Positions 1-12,562 of a stretch of DNA of 64,000 bases are shown here, in pieces. The notes beneath the pieces were generated by a model that ran no database searches, had not been told where the DNA came from, and saw nothing but the letters and a program-made list of their open reading frames with translations. The position numbers were made by a program, and so were the translations under genes. Every line of letters begins with the position of its first letter. Within the stretch, counting starts at the first letter, position 1. The DNA is from Octopus vulgaris (Eukaryota), in contig OX597817.1 of the NCBI GenBank assembly GCA_951406725.2, positions 29,078,001-29,142,000 of the forward strand. Reading direction: 5' to 3'.

Positions 1-3000
1 CCTAACCACTGAAGCTAACAGAAACAGATAACTATAACACTGGTTAATTGAGACAAAACCATCTTTTTTTCAGCCATCAGATATCTTAGAGCTATATTAT
101 ATAGTGTGTAGTTTCTTTGATAAGATGATAGTGCAAAGTTAGGGGAAGAGTTGGCTGCTGTTTCACGTCACTAAAAATGAATTGTGTCTATGGTCATAGT
201 TCGTAGCTATCCTGACACAGTCTCTTTTGCTAAGAATAATCCTTTCACAAGACAGTTCACAGTGCAGTTCACATGAGAACACACTAATAGATATTGTGGT
301 AGACTGTTGAGCTGAATTTTAAAGTTTTATAATGGGTTTGATTCCTGCTAGAAGTCTTTATGCTCTAACCCTGTTTTATGAATTCTGTGACCTACACACC
401 TATGTGGAATTCATGTAAATGTATCATCATCGTATGGCTTTATTACATTTTTTTCTATTATAGTTTATATTTTATTGGCCAGAGTTACATCAGAGTTTAC
501 AAAACATGGAAGTTTTACTGAGGCATTATTTGTAAGAAATTGAATGAACTAATACATTCTTCGTCATCATTGAACTTTTTGGCTGGTAGATCGGCCCTGT
601 TGTCTCTTAAGGGTTAAGATTGTTGCCATAGATATTTCATATAAATGTGTAGAAAATAACATGTTTGTGTGTATATATGTGTGTAAAAATAACCTTATAT
701 GTATTATCCATTACAGTACAATATCATGAGCAGCTGAGTAGTTTTTTGTTGTTGTTGTTGTTGTTGACTGAGTGGACCTATGATCAAAATTATTCCAGTC
801 AGATCCCACATTTTTTTTCTTTTTCCCAGCACCTAACACCCTGGGCTATATTGTCAAATGTCTTCTTTTTCAAGATCCTATACTTTATAGTGTGTGAAAT
901 TTGGCTATTTCTTGCTAGTCAAGTGACAACACAAAGGGTCGCTTGTTAGCTCATCATCATCATTGTGACTTCAGTTACATAGACTTTCAAGTGCAATTAG
1001 TCATAACAAAAGCACTGCTTCTGCATGCTACCACTGGATGTGTATTCATAGCCATGTTATACAAATTAGGAGAATGTTATATAAATGTTAGAATTCTGTT
1101 AATCAAAATATCATTGTTTATGTTAATATTTCTTAAGGATGTAATTTCCAAGCAAATGGAATCAGTTGTTTGATTACTTACTAGGCAAATACCTTGAGAA
1201 AGAGATGATCACTGACATTGTCTTCTCACATTTCCATTATATCTGAGCTTTCATGGTTAATTGATAAATCTTTATTGGTGTAGAGAATTATGAAATTATT
1301 ATTTAATCATTGTATCATATTTTAAGCAATATAATTCTTTAACTATTTCATGACTGCTGATGCTGGCAGTGCCAATATGTCATCAAATAACTACAGTGCC
1401 TGTGTAAAAATGAAGCTGTCAGTGAATGTAATAAGGACAAATTAGAATATAGTTATTTACAACTGATTTGTTTTCCATAAATTTTGTATGTTCTCGTACA
1501 GACATGAATGGAATTATAGGAATTGGTTTTTTTTCCTCCTTAAATATTGGTATTTCTTTGTACATGCTTTCTTTATGAAGGTTTTAGTACAAAACCGCTA
1601 TAATACGGTGACTGAGTGCAATCTATCCACATAACCATATGGCTGCAATTATCCTTCTTACAAAGGTATAGACACAAAATACCGCTTTGATGGTAAAAAT
1701 TAATAAAGGAAATAGAAAGCAAGTACCTTTTATCCTGCAATAAAAAGAGACAGTTTTTCTAAGAATAATTGCAGTATTAGATGATAAGTAAAAAGCAACT
1801 TCCATGAAATATCAAAGCCAACTTAACCATCATACAATCAACAGTAAATAGATAAATAAAATAAATTAATAACATTGACTTTCTAAAGCTATGTAGGAAG
1901 TGTATAACACTTCCCCTAATTGCTGAGAAATCAATATATTTATCCAAAATATATTGATCTTTCCAAAATTATTCTTTGCAGATATAAATATTTTTGAAAA
2001 TTCTGCTCTAGGGTGTGGTAAGTTGTTGTTATGGTTGTTCTCAGTAACAACAACTTTCTTAATAATGATCTGTTACAGAAACACACTTTCCATAACGGAA
2101 ATAGAATAAAACATAACATTACTATATAAGCTGCAAGCACTAACAAAAATCCTTTACTTTAAATCGAAGAGAAAGGAATTCCTTCATTGCAAGATGGAAC
2201 AGCTACTGTTGTGTTATATTGTTAAGAAATTTCTTAATGAAATTAACAAACATACTGAAGTAGAATGTCAATTGCTTTATGATTAGACTTTCATAGTTTA
2301 TTCATTGGAAAGGTTTTTTTTATTTCTATGTATCTTTATCTGATTGCCATTTTCTATGACAAGAGGTTTCTATTTGGACCATCAGCAGTGGCTTAAATTC
2401 ATGAATATTTCCATTTCAAGCAAAATGAATTTAAAAAACCAAAATTTAACCATTTCAAAAGAAGCAAATAAGAAAAAAAAAATTCTTCATTGAGTTCGCT
2501 AAACTAAATTGAATTGAAGACAAATAAAAGCTGTTAGTTTATAAATCCAGTTGTTATTAAAAAAAATATTTTTATTGACATCGGATTCCATGTTCTGATT
2601 CCAAAGAATATTTATGGGGTGTTGTTTTTATTTAAATTTTGGTCAAAGCAGGTTACAACTGTGCATGATTATTTAGGTTCTTTGTTAATTAAAAATTTCA
2701 AGAGATTTTTTCTTTTGATTGTATTTGGGCTCAAAACAAATTTCTGGAGCAAATTCTTAAATTATTGCTGAATGAATTAAAAAGATTGATGACATTGAGA
2801 TTTCAAGTAATAAGTATTGTTTGACTTTCAACCTCTCTAAATATCGCACGTGTATCTCAGACACATCATCAGTTAACTACAGTGTGATACAAAGCTATAA
2901 AAGGTAACCATATGTCACAATTATACTGAAAAACCTACAGAGGTATTTTAAAATTGTTTTGTCTGTCTTAGGCTAACAGGCTTTTGAGGTTGGAATTTAT

Positions 3001-3059
3001 CCATGTTTCTGAGGCATTTAGAGTGTTAAGAGTAAATGATTTCTCCTGACTGGAATGTA

Positions 3060-3220
3060 CTCTTGTACTCATCCACTACAATTGGTAGACATTTTTAGCT
3101 GAACAATATGAAATGAAGCATCATGCTCAAGGATACAATACACCACTAAGTCCAAGAACTGAACCCATGATCTAACAGTCATGAATCCAACTACCTGACT
3201 ACTTGGCTATATGCCTTCAC
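3060..3220 (-). mobile_element. degenerate tRNA-headed SINE (same family as 30872-31221), partial
   Basis: Minus strand starts GTGAAGGCATATAGCCAAGTAGTCAGG, then GGTTCAGTTCTTGG and TCCTTGAGCATGATGCTTCATTTCA; matches the head and central domain of the younger copy at 30872-31221. Confidence 0.65.
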
Positions 3221-3399
3221 CCTATCAAGGGAAGCTGATGAAAATATATTCAATTCATTGCTGGAAAGTTTCAAATATTTTACTGTCGATTTGATAAAAC
3301 ACAGGACCAGGAGAAATTGAATTTCAAACCCACAAACAGAATGTCTGTATGGATTGGGATTATAATGAATAATGATACATATTTCTCCACTTAACTAAT

Positions 3400-3895
3400 A
3401 TGGCAACAATGGGATAAATCCTGATGGGATCAAATTAATTTTGTGGAAGACATCTGTTAGACATCTGGACTTTTACTCCAGCTATTGGTCTTTCATAATG
3501 TGACACTTCCTACTGAACTGGAAACAATCAAATGGTCCATTGAAAGAGAGATTACTAATTATGAAACAGACAGTTCACTGGGAGAGTTTGAAAGCATTAA
3601 GTCTCTATTCTTGAAGTAATAATTTACATTGGAAAGTCCTGGAAGCAAACTTTGGCATTCAAAGTTGTACAAAATACCAGACTGTGCTATGGCAGTATGC
3701 AAAACATTTTTACCATTTTTTTCTGAATTAGGACTGTATATAGTAATAATATTACTTTCAAATGAGCTCTTCAATGCCATATTGAAAAACATAAGGCTTC
3801 TACATGAAGATGTTTACATATTCAATGAACACCTGAAAAATCTATTGAGTAGAATAAGCATTCATCACAGCATAAGATGCAAATATCAGTAACGA
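3400..3895 (+). pseudogene. possible fossil hAT (Charlie/Spin-like) transposase C-terminus
   Basis: Broken translation gives IKLILWKTSVRHLDF and KLWHSKLYKIPDCAMAVCKTFLPFFSELG, loosely like the hAT motifs KLxLWK and FW..YPxLA..A.K.LLPF..TYLCExGFS; many stops and indels. Confidence 0.3.
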
Positions 3896-4069
3896 CATCA
3901 AATTCCTATTATTTACCAAAATACAAAGAAAAGATAAAAGCTTCAGCAGTGTTATAACACTCCCTCAATATAACAATGGCATAGTGGATAAAACCAGTAA
4001 AGGAATGTATGCTTAGGTATATAAATATGTGTGTATGTATAGTTCACATAAATTTATCATCATTATCTT

Positions 4070-5420
4070 GCAGTTGTGGCAGATGATCTACTCAATTCAG
4101 AGCAGTGACATCATAAGATCTGATTGGAGAGAGGCATTATTATTCCTCTCTTGAAAGGTAAAGGTGGTTGCCATGACTGCAACAACTACAGGGTTGTTAC
4201 ACGCCTCTCAGTGTCCAGTAAGGTATTTACCAGGTTATTTTAAACTGAGTATGAAATCATCTGGTTGCCTTTCATCTGCCAGGTTAATCAGGGTTCACGC
4301 AAAAGAAGTCAACTACTGACAGGGTCCTTGCTCTCTGAGTACTCATTGAATGCAGGCAGAGTTTTTGCAGCTTTTGTTGACCTGTGCAAAGCATTTCACT
4401 CAGTAGACAGGGATATGCTCTAGAGGGTTCTGGAGCTCCCTTTCTAGTTGGGATAATTGTGACCTTGTATACCAGAACAGTGAGTGCAATTTGGAATGGA
4501 GGTTCAACATTTAACTTTTTCCCCAGTTAGATCTGGGGTCTGTCAGGGTTGTTTTGGCTCCTACAATGTTCAATGCCTATTTAGACTTGATTCTTTGCCA
4601 GATGAGGGCTCAATTGAGTTGTGGAGTACTCACTGGGAAAATTAGGGTTACTGACCAGAATTTTGTTGATGATGCATTTATTCTTGCTGAGTCTCTGGAT
4701 TCTTTCACGAATGCTCTATTTTGACTGAGGTGAATCACTTCGCATTAGTGTTTCTTTCATTGGCTTTCTGGTCTGGCTCAATTGTAGGTGAGAATGTAGA
4801 AGTTGTTGACCACTTATCTGGCAGTTTTATCTTTAGCAGCATTAGCTGTAAGTCCGAAGTCTTAGAAAGTCTTGGGCATACTGGTATAGTTGTGGACTCA
4901 CTGAACAAGAGTATTTTATACTGCTGATATTTGAGCAGGAGAACAAAGGTTTGGATCTTTAGGTCTCTGGTCCTTCCTGTTTTGCTCTATAGTTGCAAGA
5001 TTTGGACACTCCCTGAGCCCATAGGAGCTTGATCTCCTTTGGTGCCAGGATGTTTCACAAGATTATGGGTTAATATTGGTCAGATTTCATATCCAGCCAT
5101 CAACTGACTCAGAGTTGTATCCTTTTACTTGTATGATTCAGGAGCATCTGCTCATATTGTTTTGTCATCTTGTTCAGGTTTCCAAGTTGGATTCCGTATG
5201 TCATGTTCTCTATTTTTGTGGGTCTGGCTGGAGTGACAGCTCCTGTTGGTCAGCCACATGCCGCATGGTCACAGCAGATGAGGAAATATCTTGCAGAGAT
5301 TGGGACTGACTGGTATACTGCTCAGAGGGTTGCCCCAGATGACCCAAGTAAATACTGACAAATGGTGGCTGCAGCAATGCACTGCAGTGGTGAATGCCCA
5401 CCCCTATACCTGATCTTATC
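4070..5420 (+). mobile_element. RTE-clade LINE ORF2 (reverse transcriptase) remnant, 5'-truncated and frameshifted
   Basis: Ordered RT motifs across frames: IIIPLLKGKGGCHDCNNYR (~4136), SGFTQKKSTTDRVLAL (~4288), AAFVDLCKAFHSVDR (~4367), GVCQG..LAPTMFN (~4536), NFVDDAFILAESL (FADD equivalent, ~4660), RTKVWIFRSLVLPVLLYSCKIWTL (~4940), GQPHAAW (~5248). Confidence 0.9.
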
Positions 5421-6629
5421 ATCAAAGTTCTGTGTATATTTTCCATGAAGGTATGGCTTACAGACACACTATTCTACATTTTCCCATGCCTGACTAGTTG
5501 GAATGTTTCTTTTTAATTGACTTTTAGGTTTATTGTTTGCATTGTTGGAGGTTTCACCTGTCATATATAACTAACTTGCTATTTTTTTTTTCTTTTTGGT
5601 TCACAGACAAATTTGCAGTTTCACATTCATACACAAGTACATACATATACATCTACACAACCACATGTACCATTATCATCATCATTTTATACTCATTTTC
5701 CATGTTAGCATAGGCTAGGCTGGTGTCACAGTCTGAGTCAGTTTTTATTCAGAGTTAAACTATGGCCAATTTCAGATTTCATAGAATAAAATATATTTCT
5801 GTATGAGACACATTTTGTGACTACCTTTGTTGGCCTGACCAGGGTTTAATTCCTTTCACTTTCAAATAGCTAAAAGTTTTACTGCGATTCAACAATTGTG
5901 TTTTTCTATTACTACGCAGTCACACACAGACACACATTTACTTTGTTATTTAACTTTTATAGTAATTTTCACTTTAATAATCATAGTTATATGATTTCAA
6001 ATTTATTAAATATTGAGGGAAAAAAGAAGTACAACTGACTAGTTTATTCCAATAACTCAATACCATGTAAACAAGATTTATTAAATAACTTTTACAATAT
6101 GGGGGAGTTAAAAACGAAATATGATGACTAATATAAGTTGGCACCTATATATAATATTTCATGAATTCAATATATTTCGATTTCTATATGAAACTTTTTA
6201 CAAATACTTTTGATTCTTATTTACATTTTTTGATTTTACTTTTTTAAATATGATTCTGAGCCATATAATTCTTATGACTGCTAAATGGAAAATTATTGTA
6301 AAACTAAAATAATAAACAATGGCATTGTAGTATAATCATGATAGCCATTTAAAATACATACATACTGTTATATTCACTTTTGTTTTATTTTGTCTTAGTA
6401 TTATATATTCTAAAGTGTTAAAAGATTTTCACCATACATCTGTAACCTTGTTACCAAGACTATAGCACTATTCAGCAGTGGCAGTGGTGGAGGTGGTTTC
6501 TTTTATTTGCCACAGAACTGTCATATGATGGGAAAATTACAAAGACAGGTTATACTTAATATGGGGTTTTATATAAAATAGGAAAAGTAAGGAAAATTAG
6601 AATACAATTAAAAGTATACATAATATACA

Positions 6630-6940
6630 TCCACTGGAGAATGGTAATTTCATTTCTTTATAATCTTCACAAGTCCTCTTCCTTCAGGGTCCACATCTCT
6701 CTATCATGTATCATTGTATTGGAGGACTGTTTTAAAATTTTTCCCCTAGTTGATAAATGGTATGTATAGTAGCTTACTTTCAGCTAAATTCTCCACTTGT
6801 GTTCTGTGTTGCCATAGTAGCAAGAATGTGTCAGTAGTACTTCTTGACCCAAAACCAAACTGCATCTTATACAACTTAATTATTTTAAGAATTAATTTAG
6901 CTCTAATGCTTTCTGTAATTTTCATGTCATACAGGTAGTA
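6630..6940 (-). mobile_element. RTE LINE RT fragment with internal deletion
   Basis: Minus strand reads MKITESIRAKLILKIIKLYKMQFGFGSRSTTDTF...LLYIPFIN*GKNFKTV, followed directly by MIHDREMWTLKEEDL*RL*RNE (equivalent to the RTE LHGSETW..EDL.RL.RNE motif). Confidence 0.75.
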
Positions 6941-7050
6941 TGTTTATGCAGAATATGATATAATATATATATATATACACACACATATATATATATTCAT
7001 GAAAAGGCAAAAAAATGGAAAATTTTCCATTTTATATATATATATATATA

Positions 7051-7172
7051 TATAAAATGGAAAATTTGACATACCTATCATCAACATCATCGTTTAACGA
7101 CCGTTCTCCATGCTAGCATGGGTTGGACGGTTCTATATATATATATAGGTATGTCAAATTTTCCATTTTATA
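7051..7172. repeat. perfect 28-bp inverted repeat enclosing a ~55-bp RTE-tail fragment, inside (TA)n
   Basis: TATAAAATGGAAAATTTGACATACCTAT (7051-7078) versus ATAGGTATGTCAAATTTTCCATTTTATA (7145-7172); the interior is CATCATCGTTTAACG..CATGCTAGCATGGGTTGGACGG. Confidence 0.9.
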
Positions 7173-7763
7173 TATATATATATATACATACATACATACA
7201 TACATACATACATACATAATTCAAAAACACGTAGCAAAGAAACAAATGAACATATACTAAATACTAACATATACAAAAGAACATGTGGATATTATTTATG
7301 TAATACACTCACTCCTCAGCTTTTTACCCAATTACATATGTATATATATATATATGAGAAATTCTGTTAAACACAAGTTTATATCCTTTGTTCCTTTTGT
7401 ATGTTTCTCTGTTGTGATCGTTTGCAACCTTTGCATTGGTTGTTCCATGTGCAATTGGACGCTGAACCAAAAACAGATCAAGAGAGGAAGACTTTATTGC
7501 ATTATGTTACAGAGATCAAATACTTTTGAGCATTTAATCTGTGTTTCTCATTGTTTCTTCTACATTTGCTCTGTATATCATAACCAGTCATATTACTAAG
7601 TACAGTAGTAACCACACCACTATGCTGGAACCAGACTGGATAATGATGCTTTACATGGAATACTATATTCAACAGTACCAGACATGTATCTAACAGTATG
7701 CACAATACTGTGTTTATGATGTGCACATGCATATACACATGTGAACGCACACAAATGCACATA

Positions 7764-8150
7764 AATGTATGGTAAGAAGCTTGCTTCCCAACCACATGGT
7801 TCCAGGTTCAGTCCCACTGCGTGGCACCTTGGGCAAGTGTCTTCTACTATAGCCTTGGGCCAGCAAAAGCCTTGTGAGAGGATTTGGTAGACGGAAACTA
7901 AAAGAAGATCGTTGTGTATGTGTGCATGTGTGTCTGTCTGTTTGTCCTCCATCACTTCTTGAGAACCTGTGTTGGTGTGTTCACATCCCCATAACTTAGC
8001 TTTTGACAATAGAAACTGATGGAATAAGTATCAGGTTTAACAAAAGAGAAAAAGGGCTGGGATCGATTCATACAGCTAAAAGTTCTTCAAGCTGGTACCC
8101 CAGTATGGCAGCAGTCCAATGACTGAAACAAGTAAGAAATATAAAATAAA
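7764..8150 (+). mobile_element. tRNA-derived SINE, family A
   Basis: TGGTAAGAAGCTTGC..GGTTCAGTCCC (A/B-box-like), GGCACCTTGGGCAAGTGTC, internal (TG)n, ends GACTGAAACAAGTAA; homologous to the copies at 34656, 35180, 36366 and 40440. Confidence 0.9.
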
Positions 8151-8244
8151 AGCTTAAATATATAAACAGAAAATGGAGAAATATTGATCAACAACAATTG
8201 ACTTACATTAATCATTATTTTTTAATTCAGTAAAAATAGACTAT

Positions 8245-8367
8245 CCCATCTAACAGCTGTTTCTGCTTCCAGTGTTATATGGTATTGCCATTGATATTCT
8301 AAAAATAATATTCATCATATTTGGTAATGAAGCTGATCTGGAACCCAGAGCTTCATCAGAGTGAAGA
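8245..8367 (-). ncRNA. hammerhead ribozyme-like motif (type I, palindromic short helix III, long helix II), left arm
   Basis: Minus strand: CACT-CTGATGA (8359-8353) AGCTCTGG ... ACACTGGAAGCA GAAAC (8263-8259) AGCT GTT|AGA; core nucleotides intact. Confidence 0.55.
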
Positions 8368-8564
8368 AAAGTACATATATAAAAGAAAGGAAAGAAGAGA
8401 AGAGCCTCAAGAGGAAAAGGAAAGGCTTAATATGTTTAAATCATAACATTTTGTTTATGTGTCACTTTGGGACATTGAGTAAATGATATGATTTAAACAT
8501 ATTAAACCGTTCCTTTTCCTCTCGAGACTATTCTCTTCTTTCCTATCTTTTATGTATGTATTTT

Positions 8565-8690
8565 TCTTCACTCTGATGACGCTCCATGTCCCAGATCAGA
8601 TTTATTACCAAATATGATGAATATTATTATTAGAATATCAATGGCAATACCATATAACATTGGAAGTTGAAACAGCTGTTAGATAAGATA
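8565..8690 (+). ncRNA. hammerhead ribozyme-like motif (type I, palindromic short helix III, long helix II), right arm
   Basis: CTGATGA at 8573-8579; GCTCCATGT can pair with ACATTGGAAGT (helix II base); GAAAC at 8669-8673, then AGCT and GTT, putative cleavage after 8680; AG pairs with the CT preceding the core (weak helix I). Confidence 0.6.
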
Positions 8691-8984
8691 CAGTCTATTC
8701 GTACTGAATTGAAAAATAATAATTGATGTAAGTCAATTGTTGTTGATCAATATTTCTCTATTTTCTGTTTACTTTAAATATGATTCCTGATAAACTCATG
8801 TTTATCTTTGTCATTACCTATAATCTATGAGCATAATATGCTTGCGTATTTATGCCCAGGGTTAACATAGGTAATTATACCAGTAGTATAACAGATGCTC
8901 TTATCCTTCAGATGGTTATTCCAACCTCTAACTCTACTAACCTTATACACACTCACACATAGAGTTTCAGTTTCATTTAGTGTC

Positions 8985-9480
8985 TATGTTCCATACTGGA
9001 ATGGGTTGGTTGATTTGACAGGATCTGTTGGGTCCAAGAACTGCATCATGCTCCAGTGTCTGCTTTGGTATGGTTTCTATGGCTTGATGCCCTCCTAATG
9101 ATAACTACTTTACAGCATGTACTTGGTGCTTTTTCTGTCCCACCAGCACTATTGAGGTCTCCGGGCAGCTTGCAAGATAATAAGCCCTGAGTAGGGAGGC
9201 AGCTTTATGAGAGGTTAAACCATGAGAGAAGAGTGGGGGAAGAGCAGAATTTTGTAGAGTAGCTGCATGGGTACTATAGTTAGTGGGAAAGGGAGAGAAT
9301 GATGAATATGAGCTGCAAAGAGATAGTGGGGATGTAGTGCCTCATGGCACAAGGTGTGTAGAAGTTTGTTGGAATTGCAAGAGTGTATGTGAAGCGGGAG
9401 ATGAGAGGATGGAAAGACAGACTGCATCTGTAAAAATTCAGTATGATTTGATGGGTGGATGACCAATGGCTCGTGACTTG
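8985..9480 (-). mobile_element. RTE LINE 3' UTR fragment (diverged), including the purine-rich part on +
   Basis: TTCCATACTGGAATGGGTTGG..GATGCCCTCCTAATG..ACTTTACAGCATGTACTTGGTGCTTTT matches the reverse complement of the RTE 3' end at 49063-50166. Confidence 0.7.
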
Positions 9481-9879
9481 GTGACGTTAGAGGAATATAT
9501 ATGTGTGTGTGTGTGTGTATATGTATGTATTCATATATGTATTTATATAAGTGTTTTCATTTTAGGATTATTATACTGCTATCACTTTATGTATAGCTGT
9601 AACTGACCCAACAAATTTGTTGAATAATTACACTGCAAACGAACCAAATCTACGTTTTTAAAATATATTTCTATTTTGGGTTCAGCCAAAAGTTGCTCAG
9701 TACTTTAAAATAATTTTATCTTTATATTTTACATATTTACTTTAGTTTTTGTTTGTCATCCCATCAGAACATCTTCATTCTGTTTCTTATAGGTACACAA
9801 ACGCTTAACAATAACAGTTATTGACCAAATTATTGGTAAAATTTTTCAATATTTCTGTACCATATGACCATGTTTTCCT

Positions 9880-10450
9880 TCTTGTTTATCTATTCAGTCA
9901 GTGTAGCTTTATTCGCTCTCCTATAAATATACACTAACACTTACTACCATGAATAATGTCTTCCATTACTTTTATACTTGTATAACTCTGATAAACGACT
10001 GGAACCAATTTTTTGCCCTCTGCTTCATCTCATAGTGCACCGACACATTGATTCATTTTTCCATGAAATTTTCATAATACATAGAATTATAGTTTTTCAT
10101 TCTCTTTAACCATTTGATAACATTTTCAAGGGTAAATCATGCTACTAAACTTTTTAATTTGATTCAGAAATAAAAGAAAGAAATCGATGCCAAATAAAAA
10201 GAAGCATTTGATATTCTATTAGTTTCCATAATCTCCAAATATTTGCATTCATTTCTGTAATCTCCAACTAATATGTTGGTTTTCCTAATTTTAGTCTATG
10301 TAGCTGATACCTTTACATAACACAGCATTTTGGACGAATCTTTTAACCATGAAAGCAAAGAGTTGTTATACTCAGTATGACATTGTTTCGTAGTTTACTT
10401 AGTTTGAATTTCTGGCTATACCTGTGAGCCCCTAATGAATTTTAAACAAA
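9880..10450 (-). pseudogene. very old CR1/L2-like LINE RT remnant
   Basis: Minus-strand fragments resemble LL.WLKDF, DL..VIKW..N and I...ANKA of CR1-group RT; heavily decayed. Confidence 0.3.
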
Positions 10451-12562
10451 ATTGAAGTAAAACAAAGACTTTCATGGAAATAATATTGGATCCACTTGCT
10501 GCACTCTAGGCAACTACAAACTGAAATTAACCAAATTAACCATTGTAAGAAAGAATAATTTCAGTTTAAAGTTTCCCATGTAAAGAATCATTTACGACCT
10601 TTTTAGGAACCTATTTTCTTAAGTCATCAAAATTTTAACTGGGAAATATGCTGCTGATTGACAGGATGGTTAAAATGCCTGCCTGAACACCATGTAGTTA
10701 TTCATTTACGTCCCTTCACATTCTGAGTTGAAATCATGTTAAATGTGACTTTTTTTCTCAATTTTTCTTGGCTGATAAAATAAAATAGCAGTCAGTACCA
10801 GTGATGATTTATTCAACTATACCCTCCCTCCTTCCAATTTTGTGACCTTCTTCCCTGTTGTGTGGAAGTAGAACACCCCTATTGGTTGGCTCCTAATAGA
10901 CTGTGTCACAATATAAATGGGCATACACAGAGAACCTTTGGAACAGAGTAAAGCCAAGAGTTGCGTATTGTTGAGGGTTTTTACCAGTATCTTGAGTAGA
11001 ACAATTTGCAAAGACATTATTATTATCCTGCTGTACGTTGAATGTGCGATACAACATTCTTGATAGAAGTTAAAAGTTCATCTAGGAAATTTGGTTTTCT
11101 TTCCTGTAGTAAACTGTTTAGGAGTGTTCTTGGTTAGACTTTAATCTATACATTTCACAATACATTAACTTTGATGTCTAAAACAGTCACTGTGTACAAA
11201 AGAAAGCATTTCCCTCATTGATGAACTCTTGAGAATCTGTTTCTTTATTTTCTGTCTTCTATCAGTGCTTATTTGAAATTAGCAGCAATGTCTTCCCAAA
11301 TTTGTACCCTTCACGTATTTTACTCTCTGAAATCAGCATGGAACATACAATGTGTAATTCCAGAAAGCACTACCATTATCCTCTAATGTAACTCATACAC
11401 TATTACCAGTTTTTCAATAAAGAATTAGCAGTCTCATTGACTCATTTACCTGTCTTATCCTAGAAAGCTCCCATTCATTGGATGTTGTGTTATTTCCTCT
11501 TGGGTTATTTTATTTCTTCTTTTCTATGGTGTGAAAAATAAATTGATCAGAGATGGATAGTATACAAATGTAATACATGATTGTTGGAACAAGACCTTTC
11601 TATAGAACTATTGAACACAGAACAGTATGGAACATCTGGATTTTGTTGATGCCAGTGCTCATATTTCATTCGGCTTTGGTTTTGAGACGAGAGATTTTAA
11701 AGCCTGAGTTGGATTTCTATTGATATGTTTTCATTCTTTTCTTACCGAGGTTAGAATGTTTTAGAAGATCTTCCAGTTTAATGGTTATATTTCTTTCATT
11801 TGGTAGAAATAAGAAAATAATAGAGCATTGTAGTAGAGCTCCAATGTAAAAGCTCTCATGAAAATTATGTGGATTAATTATCTAAGAATAATTAATAGAT
11901 AATAAAAGTAATTATCTTTATCATGCCATAATTCTTTTCTTTTACATACAGTTTTATTGCTAACTTTCAATTTATTTTTCTTTCTTTTCTTAACATGCAT
12001 TTGATTCAAGTGCTCAGAAATACCTAATTTGGAATTGAATGCCTTTTATTAAAAATTTTCTTGTTGAAAGAGAGAGTGTTTGTCTTAGAATGATTTGGTA
12101 AAAATAAATGAATAGGAATAATTATACAATATTTTAGAACATAATAAAAAAAAATTATATATTATTAATTACTTTGAAGAAAACAATGAAAAAGAAATCA
12201 ACAATGACAATAACATACAAAACAAAAACATTTGTGCAATTATCTGGTATTCATGATAAAATGCATATTTGATAATTGTAAATAAATAGCAAAATAGTAT
12301 GTCTATAAAGAAAAATAGTGAAATGTTTTATGATTGTTTAAGATGAAATTAGAGAAGAACAGAAGGAAAGTTAAATGAATAGTTGCTTATCGTACTCATT
12401 GTATCTGTAAGTAATATAAATATAATCTCCACACAGGTAATATACTAAGTGCAAATATAAATGATAAACTACATATACAATTATATAATGTATATTAATT
12501 TTGTTATAATCAATAAATCCAAATGAGACTTGATCCATTGTGGCAGACATAGGATACAGAAA

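Larger units (their letters stand above)
8163..8771. repeat. long fold-back: ~290-bp inverted arms (8163-8451 and 8481-8771) with a ~29-nt spacer; candidate inverted Penelope-like pseudo-LTR pair
   Basis: The reverse complement of 8481-8771 aligns to 8163-8451 along its whole length, about 90% identical by manual count (e.g. AAATATTGATCAACAACAATTGACTTACAT; TATATGGTATTGCCATTGATATTCTAA; TCATCAGAGTGAAGAAAA). Confidence 0.95.

Noticed and set aside
10880-11030. Possible further Dong 3' end (LQIVLLKILVKTL)
   Set aside because: Lacks the LGT motif and is too short to call.
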